This document shows positions 52,168 through 64,000 of a DNA stretch of 64,000 nt, piece after piece. Position numbers and translations under genes: made by a program. Origin of the DNA: Takakia lepidozioides (Eukaryota; Plantae; Bryophyta). The stretch lies in the NCBI GenBank assembly GCA_030704615.1, contig CM060731.1, positions 12,896,001 through 12,960,000 of the forward strand. The letters are read 5' to 3'. Position 1 is the first letter of the stretch, and every line of letters starts with the position of its first letter. Under the pieces are notes generated by a model. That model had not been told where the DNA came from. It made no database searches and saw only the letters and a list, made by a program, of their open reading frames with translations.

Positions 52168-55100
52168 ATGCATAGTGCATCCCCATCCCGAGAACCCCCA
52201 CCGGCAACAGCTTGTGGAGTGGAAAGCCGGAGAGTGGGGGCATCAAACCGGGTTAGAAGGATTACAAAGGTGAAAGTTGTGGACTTGTATTCTTTCGAAT
52301 TAGAAGTATCCAGGGAGGATGCTGTGACAATCCATAAAGTGAAGGAGAGGGTCAAAGAGCAGGGGCGGATATGGTGGGCTATGGAGGCAAGTAGAGGAGC
52401 GGGCTGGTACCTACAACCAGAAATCTCCTCTCTGGCAGAGGGAAACCTCGTGTCATCTCTGTCACTCTCCACCATCACAGGCTCAATGCAGCTGAAGAAG
52501 CTAATAAGAAAGGGCATCCCACCTTCGCTCAGGCCTCGTGTGTGGCGGGCAGTTTCTGGCACCACCAAGAAGCAGTCAACAGTTCCCCAGAGTTATTACC
52601 AGGACTTAACACAGGCGGTGGAGGGGAAGGAGACTCCCGCCACTCGCCAGATTGATCATGTAAGTTTCAATCCCCCCTTGGTACATTGCCCTGCCTTTTA
52701 CGCGTCAGTCATGTTTTTCACGTATAATGTCCCTTGATCAAATACTCACTCCCCTGTTTGGCTGCCATTGCAATCTTGAGACATGCTCGGAAGCAACTCT
52801 CCACAATAGGGACATTCATGCATATTGACCTGTATTGTTCCCATTCCCGCATATAACACTGGTAGGCTTAGCACCTACTTGCATGGGATAGAACCCCACC
52901 ATCAGATCTAGGAGGGTCGATATTTCACAGCATTGTGGCCTTGAAATATGTAGTGGGAAACTCCTTCAATGTCAGTCAATAAAAGAGCTGCCGGAGGTGT
53001 CAGTGGACATTAGCACTGCTCTTGCAGTGCAGTTGACTCGTCCTTTGTTTCTCACATTGTATACACGACAAACCTGTTATCTTCTCCAGTCGGACAAGAT
53101 CACATACAGGTTTTGAGCTTGTAATTGAAAGTGCTCATGGTTTTTTGACTTGTTAATGAGACATGCAAGCTCTTTCCTCTCTGTTGCTTCAGACATATGT
53201 AGGTTTTGTTATAGTGGGTCAAGCATGCTGGGGCCCCCCTCTCATGTCAGTTTTAGTTTCTGATTAATGATGGCTAGGTTGTCTCAGCAGCAAGAGTGAT
53301 GTGTTTTACAGGATTTGGGTCGCACCTTCCCAACACATCCCTGGATAGATTCAGCAGAAGGGCAGGCAGCTCTACGTAGGATTCTTGTGGGCTATGCTTT
53401 CCGGGACTCACGAGTGGGGTACTGCCAAGTAAGTCCTCACTGTGCTATTGTCTATTAACGGTGTTGTGACCTTGGTTGGCTGAAGGGAGATGTGTGGCTG
53501 TATCTAGATTTAGTGATCGAGAGTGCTGGACATAGAATGAATTGACTCATTTATCTCTTTCAGGGTTTTTCTCGCTCCAATATCAGCTGCGAAATGGAAA
53601 CCAATGAGGCTCAAAACAATTTGGAATTTATATCCCCCTTCCACCCAGAATATATAGATGAGTCCCTTTTTCTAGAAAATTGAGAGGACTATGTTAACCT
53701 TTAACCAACCGGGTAAGTCCAGCTACTCTTATGAACATTCTGCCACTGTGGCCCCCATTCTGCTTTTTCTGTTTTCCCTCCCTCTCTTCTACTCCATCCA
53801 AACCCATCGTGGCAAGAAATGTCTTCTGCACTTTCCCTCTCAACTCTCCTCTCCTTTCCTCCCTCTCTGTGTGTGTGTTTGTGTTTGGTTGAGGAGAGGG
53901 ATTCCAGCTACATGCCTTGTTCAAAATGAGTGCTTGTCACTTTCTTTGTGCACCTGCCTCACTCTTAGTCTTCCGTCCTGGTCCCTATGACTGGTGAGGT
54001 TTTCTTTGTTTGACCACTTCCAGCGCGGTGGGTTTTATTCTCTCTTCCTCTCCACCCAGGTGTGTCCTATATATTTCTGACTGTCAAAGCACACTGACAA
54101 GAGAGCACATGGGCTGCGTGCAGGGCATGAACTATGTGGCGGCGTCATTGCTGCTGGTGATGAAGACAGAAGAGGATGCATTTTGGATGCTAGCTGTGCT
54201 GCTGGAAAACATTTTGTTCGATGACTGCTACTCTGAGAATTTGTATGGCTGCCATGTGGAGCAGCGCGTTTTCAAAGACCTGTTCAAGAAGAAGTGCCCA
54301 AGGTCTAATGCTCTTTCCATGAGTGGTTACCCTCTGCCCCCTGGATGTTAGAGAGTTTCTCTTTTTCTTATTTTCAGGCATGGCCAGCTCCCAAAGTGTG
54401 TACAAAGGCCAGGAGTTCTCTCTCTCTTTTCATGGATATTTCTAGTCTGCACTCATGCCCTGTGTGTGAGGGTCCCTACCTGGGGCAGCATGCCTTGGCT
54501 TCCTTCCGATAGATTGTGGCATCTTTTCTTCCTGAATTGCCCTGCATCTGAATTGTTTGTGTTCTGCTAAACAGGCTTGCAACCCATTTAGACGACATTG
54601 AGTTCGATGTATCCCTGGTTACAACAGAATGGTTTCTGTGCCTGTTCGCAAAGAGCCTACCTTCAGAGGTGGGTGGTCTCTCTCTTGTTTCAAGTGTTAA
54701 GATGTCACTGCTGATTTGCTTTTGCGGATGGACTTTCCTGAAAAGACACCATGTGTCCCGGAAGCTTTTTCAACTACATCTTGGCTTTAACCAAGGGATT
54801 TATTGACGGAGGAGAACCTCGACTAACCCATAATTTGACTTGGGATTTGGCACAAGGGAGATTGATGAAACTCTACCATGTCCATGCCATTGTGCAGATG
54901 AATATCGCTTCATTTGCAAGCTTCTATGTTGAGAACACATTTCTTAAAATGAAAGAAGCTGCTGAGGAGAAGAGCATCCCACCTAGAGTTTTAGAACAGG
55001 TTTAATGTATATGAGACAGTGCAGATTTTTGAAGGACTAATGAATTTACTGTGGTGATTTGCTCAGACAACAATGCGAGTTTGGGATGTGCTATTCAACG

Positions 55101-55979
55101 AAGGTGCCAACATTTTGTTCAGAGTTGCCTTGGCTATATTTAAGGTTAGATTCAATGCATGGTGTGGCTTTGAAGTCTGGAGTCAACTTTTTGGATGACG
55201 AGAAATTGTTTGGTTCTGACACACATGCTTCATGATTGAGGAGCCCCTTGACGCTGTAAGTAGACTTGTGTGTGCTGAACTGATCACTACTCACTCCCCT
55301 CTCTGAAGTGTTGTGTGCAGTGCTCCTTTGTCCAAAGAATTTTAAACAAACCATGATACTGTCCCGTGGGTCTTATGCTGTTCCACATGTTTTCCTGGTG
55401 TCTGATCATTATGCAGATGAAAGAGGAAGAATTGTTATTAGCAAGGCATGTGGGGGAGGCCATAAAAGTCCTACAAGAAGCCACCCACCATGCCTATGAT
55501 CCTGATGAGCTTCTTACGGTAATAGTTCTCTCTCTCTCTCTCTCTCCAGAAGTCATTTGTTTTACATCTTAGCGCTCTTCGCAAGCCTCGCACTCACTTT
55601 TCATGCACCTCACTTCTCACTCCAAGAATTTCTTCATAGTGGTGACCCCTGTCATCTGTTATTATTTTCGGGTGTGTGTCCTTGTTGTCTTTTCCATGCT
55701 CAAAAGAGACAGTGAGCGACAATCACTGGCTAATGAGAAGGTAAGATGCAGAAGGTCTTTACTTGTCTGACTGGTCTCTCTTGAACCGATGATGTCTGTG
55801 GCTGAGAGCATTGACATGTTTTGGGGGAGGGCCAGGTTGCCTTTGAGAAAGTGGGATTGATGTCAACGCAGACCATCAGCAAACAGCGCAAAAAGGAACA
55901 GCCTGCAGTTATGGCTGAACTTGAGCGGCAAGTGCAGCGGCTGAATTCTTTCGATGATGAGTGTTCTCCATCAAAATAG
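52168..55979 (+). CDS. TBC-domain Rab GTPase-activating protein (GRTP1-like), 7 coding exons
   Basis: IRKGIPPSLRPRVW, QIDH|DLGRTFP (arginine finger), VGYCQ|GMNY (glutamine finger), EEDAFW, EWFLCLF, RVWD. Exons ~52168-52659, 53312-53428, 54124-54302, 54575-54668, 55067-55144, 55418-55519, 55836-55979. Confidence 0.93.
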
Positions 55980-56987
55980 ATAGTGGGGAGAGGATTTGTT
56001 GGGACCTAGTGTACACGTCAAAGTGGGCTGTGCCTAGGCCTCTTTATCCTGAATGGTTAGGTGTTTGTAGCTTTGTGCATTTTCAACTCATTGCTTAAAT
56101 CTTCATCCTTCACTTCGCTATCTAGCCTCAACCATGGTGCCTTTGAACTGGGTAACCTGTTTGCTTGAGGCCTGTACTTTATGTCTGCAAGTGGAATGGC
56201 CCAAGGTTTGGCCAGATTGTCATGTGGATGTGTAATTTTCTCGAAGGGAAAATGTTGCATTGGCCTCTACAGTCACATGAATACATGAGCTATGTGCCTA
56301 CAGATTCATAGGGCTAGCGAGTGGAGCTTAGCTTTATTGTGCAGGCTGTTCAGTTGAAGAATTCAATTGTTAGACTGGCATGCATGTAATGACAATTCGC
56401 CTCCTCTTGCCCGAGTTCTGATGCTTACTAGTGTCATGATGGTGAGTATCTGAACCATTGTGGTGTTGGCTTGGGTTTGCTATGTCTCTGATGGCCAGAA
56501 AGCACTTGGATTGTTGTATGACAGAGATAGCAATATTTGAAAGTAACCTAAGCATCCTCATATTGAAGGAGGTTGGATTTTTTCCATCCTCCACTACACC
56601 TACAGCTTGAAGCTATGGACCATGAGATGTTCATATCAAACCTATCGTTGTTACGAAAACCTATAGTTGTAATCCTCCAAACAGATCTATGCTTATTAAG
56701 TAAAGGCCTACAGCTTTTTTCACTTCACCCTTGTGTGAAGAGTCTGCCTCTGGCTACCTTTTTATTCATATTGAGTGTAAATCTACAAAACTGGATTGCT
56801 GTATCATTTTCTTAATTACATTAATATGCCTGAGGTACTGGAATCTTGTGATTGTTTTGTGAGCATGAAACGTTTTGCGATCCCTAGTCATTGCAGGTTA
56901 ACCAACATACCCATCAGAAAAAGTGTTTAATTGTATATATGTTTTACCAGCATATTTGTTAGGGCACATGCCTTACTGGGTTTAGAC

Positions 56988-57370
56988 CAGTGTTGTACTG
57001 GTATCAGGTTTAGGACATACCAGTTGGGTATCTATAATGGTGGAAATGTTTTTTTTTATATACCGGTATGAATATGAGTATTATGACCATGGTATATAGT
57101 ATCAATAGGGTATCATTCCAAGTAAATAAACAAAACAATAAAATATATATTATATTATATATTAAATAAATATACATAACGTATAATTACATAGCATATA
57201 TATAATAATTTAATAGAGTATTGATACCAATATAAATGAGGAAGATGGCTGGGTAGTACTAGTATCAGTACTGGTATTGAAAAATCAATTACAGTTGGGT
57301 AGGTTCTGCAATACCAGATTCATACCCAGTATTGAACCCAGGTGAAACCCTCTATAACAGTACAACACTG
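56988..57370. mobile_element. hAT-family MITE (383 bp)
   Basis: Perfect 13-bp TIR CAGTGTTGTACTG/CAGTACAACACTG and 8-bp TSD GTTTAGAC on both sides. Confidence 0.92.
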
Positions 57371-57378
57371 GTTTAGAC

Positions 57379-57875
57379 CAGTGTTGGACTCGTATATAAG
57401 TGGGGGACTGGTGTATATACTGGTATATGCACTGGTATACCAGATCAGTCTGGTATCATTTGGGAGAATACTTGGTCATATACCAGACCAGGCTGGTATC
57501 AGGTTTTTTATACCAGCCACAATACCAGTACTCCCCCACCGTCTTCCTCGTTTACTCTGGTATGTGTACTATATTAATATGTGTACATATGTCTACATAC
57601 TTGTACTCGTGTACATCTTCTTTATGTGTATTATGTTTATTTTCACGTGATACTCGCTAGGTGATAAACTTGTAATTCAAGATGGCTTTGGAATGGTACC
57701 AGCGTTGATATCTCATACCAGCTGGTATTGTGGTCATGATACTCATACTCATACCAGTATCTGGAACAAAAATACATCCCCCATTATATAGACCAGAGTG
57801 GTATGGAAGTTTTGTGATACGTCTAGTACCAGGACGAGGTCGGTATGTTAAAAACTTGATACCAGTCCTAAACTG
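57379..57875. mobile_element. Older related hAT MITE
   Basis: Starts CAGTGTTGGACT and ends CAGTCCTAAACTG; TSD GTTTAGAC/TTTTAGAC. Its right arm is an inverted homolog of 57000-57090. Confidence 0.75.
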
Positions 57876-59399
57876 TTTTAGACTCACAACCAGTGTTGTA
57901 CTGGTATGTGCTAGTCGGCCGGGGTATGTGTAAGGGTATGTCAGAACCTGGTGTGTCATGCAGTCTATACCCTGGGTTTGGCCTTAGGGTTCCAAACATA
58001 CGTACCCAAACTAATACCATACTAGTCACACTAGCTGGCGGAGCAATACTGCGATTGCAAACAGTACTCCGGGGGGAGTGTTTCGAGATGGAAGGGGTAG
58101 CAGTTATGGCGTTAAGGTGCGCCATGTTGTGTTTGCTATGGAAGGGGTTTCATTTTTGCGGCTGGATCTTTGATGTGGGGAGGCGCAAAAGATTGAGCAA
58201 ATCAGCTTTGTGATTGCAATTCTTTTTTTTTACCTTTTGTAATGTTGCCATCAATCTGATTTTTTTTTTCAGCTTTGAATAGAGTATGATGAATGTTGGG
58301 GTATACCATATCATTGTCATTTGAGTTTTTGCCATACCCATGCCTAGGACCAGGTATCTCAAAATTGGAAATACCCATACCCATCCTATCACCTACCTGG
58401 CCACCCTAGTCTACACTGCGCTGCTCACAACCAACCCAATTAACAAATAAAAGGTTGTTGGGTCAACCGGACATCCACTCTAAGGGTATTTGCGAATTCA
58501 GGTTCTTGGAGGATGTTTGGGCAACCGCTTGTCCCGGTTAAGGCAATTTGAGACTCGAGTGTGTCCATCTTCTAAACGGATAGCAATATTTTTTGAGGTA
58601 AAGGGACACCATAAGTTATACTTGCTTTGATATTATCTATCTTTTAATCTTAGTCAATGTGGACTATTCAAGGATTTTTTTTTTTCTCCCAAATAATCAA
58701 TTTCTTTGATGAAATGAAAGGTAGATGACTGTTCGCACTAGGTAAGCCACTACATCCATTATATTGTGCTCAACGTTGTTGTGATCTATCAGGTCTGCAG
58801 TAGCATGATATCTGAAATCAACAAACATATTAGAAGAAATATGTTGGTTGTATTATACAGGCTACTAATAAAGCAAAGCAAAAATATGTAACAGGTCTTT
58901 AATGTTTACCATGTCATTTGAAATAGTTGTTTGTGCGAGGGGCGAACAAGACTTTTGCATCTTATCTCTTTGTTGTTGTTTTAAATAGAAGAGTATGGTC
59001 TCTTACCGCACATAGTCTCCAACAATGAAATCTTCATTGTGCAAATGTGGTGAGGTCTGATTGTAGAGTCTTGTATTTCTGAAACGTAAGGTTGTCATGT
59101 ATTGTGGTATAAGAAGAGAGTTTGACATCAAGACAAAACATGCACACATTGAGAAAATCATGACAAGAGAAGTCATAAATAAACTAAAATAAATAGGATT
59201 CAATGAGCACCTATATGATCTAATGACCTCATAAAAGCGGAAAGCGAATTTCAAATTTTAATGTTGTATGATGTTTGACAATTTTCAAATTTGACATTTG
59301 ATTCAAAATGACCATACATTCTCATGATAACAAGATGGAAGCATTGGCCCTGTAATTTAATGCTCTTGGTGAATCCACAACTCAATCAACACATTTGGT

Positions 59400-59900
59400 C
59401 ACCAAGATCATTTACAATATGTCGAATGTCACCGTCACATCATCCAGCATGGGATGATGCCCCAACCAATAAACGGTAGAAACAAACACGCAAGACTCTC
59501 GAAGAAAGAAATACTAAACAAACTAGAAAGCGATGATGCTAAGGAAGACCAAGCATTTTTCTCCCAAGAGAGAAAGGGCAAGCCAACGAATCTTCTCTAT
59601 GGATGGAAATGGGAAATTGAGAGTCAAGAAGACAACGAAGTTGTATAATAAAGAGTGCATCAAAGAACTCAAGGAAAAAACCAAGTATGTCTATTGTAAA
59701 AAGAAAGGTCATTGGGTCAAAGTACAAAGACAAAAGAAGAGATGAAGATAAATATATCAGACAAATGTAGTTGAAACCTTTGGATGCATTGTGTTTGCAG
59801 CTGATTCTAACAAGCACATCAGTCGAAATATCTGGTATGCTGATGAAGACGCAACAAAGCATATGATCGTAGAGAATGGTTCAGGAGTTTTGAGTCCATT
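59400..59900 (+). mobile_element. Ty1/copia gag-protease remnant
   Basis: YCKKKGHW knuckle remnant and IWYADEDATKHM (degenerate WxxDSGAxxHM). Confidence 0.7.
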
Positions 59901-59951
59901 TCTCACATGAATGTTGGATAAGATATTTCAGACAACACCAACACACTATTT

Positions 59952-62900
59952 TGTTAGGAATCTCTGTCCCATGATAACCATGATCAGCATAACTTAGTCT
60001 ATACACCACACTTGCAGACTATCGGACAGCTCATCGATCACTCATAGCTACAGCCTGTATTTAGGAAGCGGAAGAGACGTCTTCTCTCTCTCAGTTGCTC
60101 AACGGACTACAACCTTGTAAGCTAATTCTTGCTAGGAAACTGTGTTGATTCCTGCATGCATATATGATTCTTTGATTCATGATTTGTGTATAGCTTTGTA
60201 TCCCCAATAGGTTCTGGGCCCACGAAACTAGTTGTATACTCTGAGTGTCTTGAGTATTTTTAATGCGTTTCCAGTACTGTGCTTTATTGGTACTGTTCTT
60301 TATTGGTACTGTTCTTTATGTCCTTGTTTATCATCTAGTTTCTTCATTGCACATTCGAGCACTGTCATGTCAAGTGTTGTCCTACTATTCATAGTTGATC
60401 AATGGAAATACTATAGTTTATATCTTATTTCAATTTTCCTTTAAGTGGCAAGAGAGAGTTGAGCCATGGATACGTCAAAAGAGTTGAGTAACGTTGAGCA
60501 CTTCAATGGTGAGGGTTTCGCCACGTGGAAGTACCAGATGCGAGCTATCTTTAGAGAAAATGAGCTCATGTCTGTTGTCGATGTGTCATAGAGGAAGCCA
60601 GAAAGGTGTTGGGTGTCAATGGAACTCCAAATATCGACCCTGATCCAGTAGCTGTAAGCAATTGGATGAAACAAGACAACCAAGGGATTGGTCTTTTGTG
60701 CTAAGCATTGGACATGAAACAGCTCATGAAAAACATGATGGGTTGTGAGACGTCAGTGGCGTTCTAACAAAAACTAAACATTGTGCATGAACAGCGTGCG
60801 ACAGATAATGTTTTTCGCCTCTATGAGAACTTCTACAAGGCCAAGATGGAGAAGGGAGAAGATATAGCTGACTTTCTTGAAAAGATCAAGCTGATTATCA
60901 ATACTCTGCAAGGTATGGGAGACGTCAGCTTCACCGACAAGGCGATCATTGCAAAGATTCTCTACAACCTGCCTAGCTACTTGAAGCACTTCAGATCATC
61001 TTGGGACAGCGCGCTGGAAAGACCCGAGAAGAACATCGATATGCTCACCTCATGACTGCTCACTGAGGAAGGCAGAGCCAAGATAAACGACGACGAGACC
61101 ACAACCAAGGCGTTCTTGGCAAGCAAAAAGACGCAAGGATAGCCATCAAGCGATGAGAGCTCAAGGCCGAGGCTCACGAGTATGACTAATTTGTCCGGCC
61201 AGGGCGGATCGACATTGTTGTCCATAGTGCTGAAGATCCTTGCAGTGCCCCCCTGGCCGAAGTTGCTACCTTTGTCCTAAGTGGATGCTAACATATTTTC
61301 TCCATTTTCCTACTTCTTTTCTCGCTCTGTATCATCATGTTTCTATTATTCTCTTTCGTATACAATTTGGCACTATTATAGCTCTGTTTTGATTGCGCAC
61401 GAATTGAATGAACGATGTGAACTATAACAACAACTATGCAAGGAGGTCATAGTATTTTAGAGGAGGAAGAAAGTGACAGTGACGATGGTTGTCAGACAAT
61501 ATTAAGAAAAAACCGTTATTTGAAATGATGTCTAAAATTGAGCCAGTCTCTTCACGCAAATTTATGACTGGTGGATTCTGCACCAAGTGTGGCAATATTT
61601 TCATGTCTGTAGGGGCCATATTCTGTAGTTCATGTGGAGCAGAGAGATGTGGGCTGCACGTCCAGGAAAATATCAAGGTGGTTGGGACTCCAAGAGGAAG
61701 TCACCAGAGACCAGCGATCATTGGCACAACGACGTTACTAAAAACAAAGATTAGTTGGAGGCCGAGTCCACAGTCTGTCAGATGACACTCCTCTTCCTCA
61801 AATTCGAACAAAATTTGACAAAGCTTTTGATCATATTTATGAGCGAGTCTTTAAACCAAAGCCCCGCGGCAGTGATGGATTATGGGGAAAAATCTTTTTG
61901 AAACATACCACCATCATGTCCATGAAAAGCTGAATAGTAACGACAGAGATGTCTGGAGCTGGTTTGATAGCAGGAGGCCAAAAAGGTCGATATTGCGAAA
62001 GAGAAAAAAAAAACCACGTGCTTCAAATGCGGCAAGAATAGGCATTTGCAGGAAGCGTGAGTGCCCCAATGAAGGATGGCAATACAAAGGAAGAGAAGCA
62101 GGGAGGTTCATCGTACAAAGCTTGGATGGTGGACCACCTTGCTTCTTGGAGCCTGAAAGACAGAGATGCCTGCTTCACCAATTCCAAAGCCACCACTCTT
62201 CTGACGGATCACCGTGAATGGTTTAAGACCTTCAAAGACATTTGAAGGCATGAGGAGACTGTAGAGGATATTGACGGCATCGAATATCTACTAGCGGACA
62301 TTGGCAACATTGCTATTCGGATCAAGGCTGACAACATATGATATGACAACTTGAGCTTGCAAATGTCTTGTGGTCTTGGGAGGAATCTTTTTTCGAACAA
62401 CCAAGATGAACATCGCCAAGAAACTGTGGTGATTCCTGCATTCATGATTCCTGATTTGTGTGTAACTTTGTATCTCCAATAAAGAAACGGTTTATCCATA
62501 TTGCAGATCATAGTTGAAGTGGAAGAAATCGAAATATTTTTTCAGGTCCAAGGAATATTCAAGCAAGTTCTCTATAACGTTCTAGAATTACACAAGAATT
62601 TATTCTCTTTTGGGCAAGCTACAGACATATGCATTGACACAATCTACAACAGTGGAGATTGTCGAATGCTTAACAATGAAATGGAAATTGTTATGCAAAG
62701 AATTCAAATGGAGAAATTGTTTTAGCTCATAGTTGAGGTAATTCTTAAGCAAACATTACTAGCAGTGGAAATGCGGAGGCTTCAGATAAAACGAGACAAC
62801 CCAATTTAGAGTCGACTACGAAAACAAGAAACGACCTTCAACTTTGAGCTAGCCAACATCAATGTTTATCATTATTAGGGATAGACATGGGAACCCGGAA

Positions 62901-64000
62901 ATGTTTCTGCCAATGTGTTGGTTGTTGAATCTGAATCTTGGGCGAATCTGGGTCCTTAAGAAAGACATGTCATTGTGTCCAGATCAATCTGAGATCACCC
63001 ACATTGCAGTGCAACATGTCATCCACCTATGTCCACTAGAGTCTGATTTGGATAGATATTTGTCGTGAAGCAACATGCATTTGAGGTGGTTGGTTGGTTC
63101 CCTTGGTATGTCAATGGATTACAATAAACATGGGGTAATTGCATATTTTGTGAATCAAATAGAAAAGATATTTGGAAAGAATTGGAGTGAGAAGAGAAGA
63201 ACGTCAAAGATAAAAATGCAGATATCTTTCATGCCAAAGGTTGGACATCATGAATGTAATTACACTATATCTATGAAGTCAATGATGAGTTAACAACGAA
63301 CATGGCTACAAAAATTTCTTTGATGAAGAGAAAGCGGAAACAAGATGGTGATTTGGAATAATATGGATACCCTCCCTAACAAACTCTTAGATTCGCTACA
63401 TCTTTTGCAAGACCTTTATTATGCCTATGTTGAAAACATGGTTGACTGTTCGTGACCATTTTATATCATCACCTAGAAGTATACCAAATCTGTCAATAAT
63501 AAAAAGAAACAACATGAGTTATCTCATCCTTAAAACTCTGTCTATAATCATGTTCTCTCGTTCAAAAGTCCCATCGTCTTATATAATTCACTTCCACATG
63601 AAGAAATTAAGGTTGTTAGTAAGACTAGCTTTGGAGTCCGTCAAATATGTTCATTTATTTATCTTCTAATACATGGCCCAAGGTATTATCACCAGAAACA
63701 CCTAAAGAATTTTTTCACCTAAACGTTTGCAAGTCAATGAGTTCAAATTCCACTAAAGGTGCATACCACGTTTTGTTCAAAGACAATCACAAATAGCTTT
63801 ATGATTGTGTTTTTCGTAAAGACAAGTCTTTGTTTTCAATTGTTTCAAGAATCTTGAAGCCCAAGTGCTCAATGAAAATGGGACTAAGATCAAGGGAATA
63901 AGAATTGATGGAGGTGGAGAACATAAACGTAGAGAATTCTGTGGATATCTCCAAGAGAAGGGAGTTGCGTATGAAACCGCGGCCCCCTACACACTTGAAC
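59952..64000 (+). mobile_element. Nested and degenerate Ty1/copia sequences: LTR 59952-60209, PBS, gag, protease, integrase
   Basis: TGTTAGG...CCCAATA LTR then GGTTCTGGGCCCA PBS. Gag VEHFNGEGFATWKYQMRAIF and KILYNLPSYLKHFRSSW; VLYNVLELHKNLFS; integrase IRIDGGGEH...FCGYLQEKGV...TAAPYT at the window end. Confidence 0.85.

Overview
Eukaryotic nuclear DNA with GT-AG introns. The host genes look like those of a land plant, probably a non-seed lineage (inference). Four intact-looking host genes are present: thioredoxin h, a CaMKK/GRIK-type kinase with a C-terminal cyclic-nucleotide-binding domain, a UBP27/USP30-like deubiquitinase and a TBC Rab-GAP. There is also a mitochondrial ATP synthase beta pseudogene fragment and dense transposon-derived DNA (CACTA, hAT and Tourist MITEs, LINE and Ty1/copia remnants). 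The standout is a minus-strand Ty3/gypsy retrotransposon (~15.6-24.2 kb). Its pol frame reads protease, DNMT3-like C5 cytosine methyltransferase, RT, RNase H, integrase, PHD finger, so the element encodes both a chromatin writer and a chromatin reader. A second candidate system (~8.4-13 kb) is a decayed spliced gene with a ParB/sulfiredoxin-like DGNHR motif whose predicted introns hold 13 copies of a 24-bp palindrome. Exon boundaries and coordinates were read by eye and no database searches were run.
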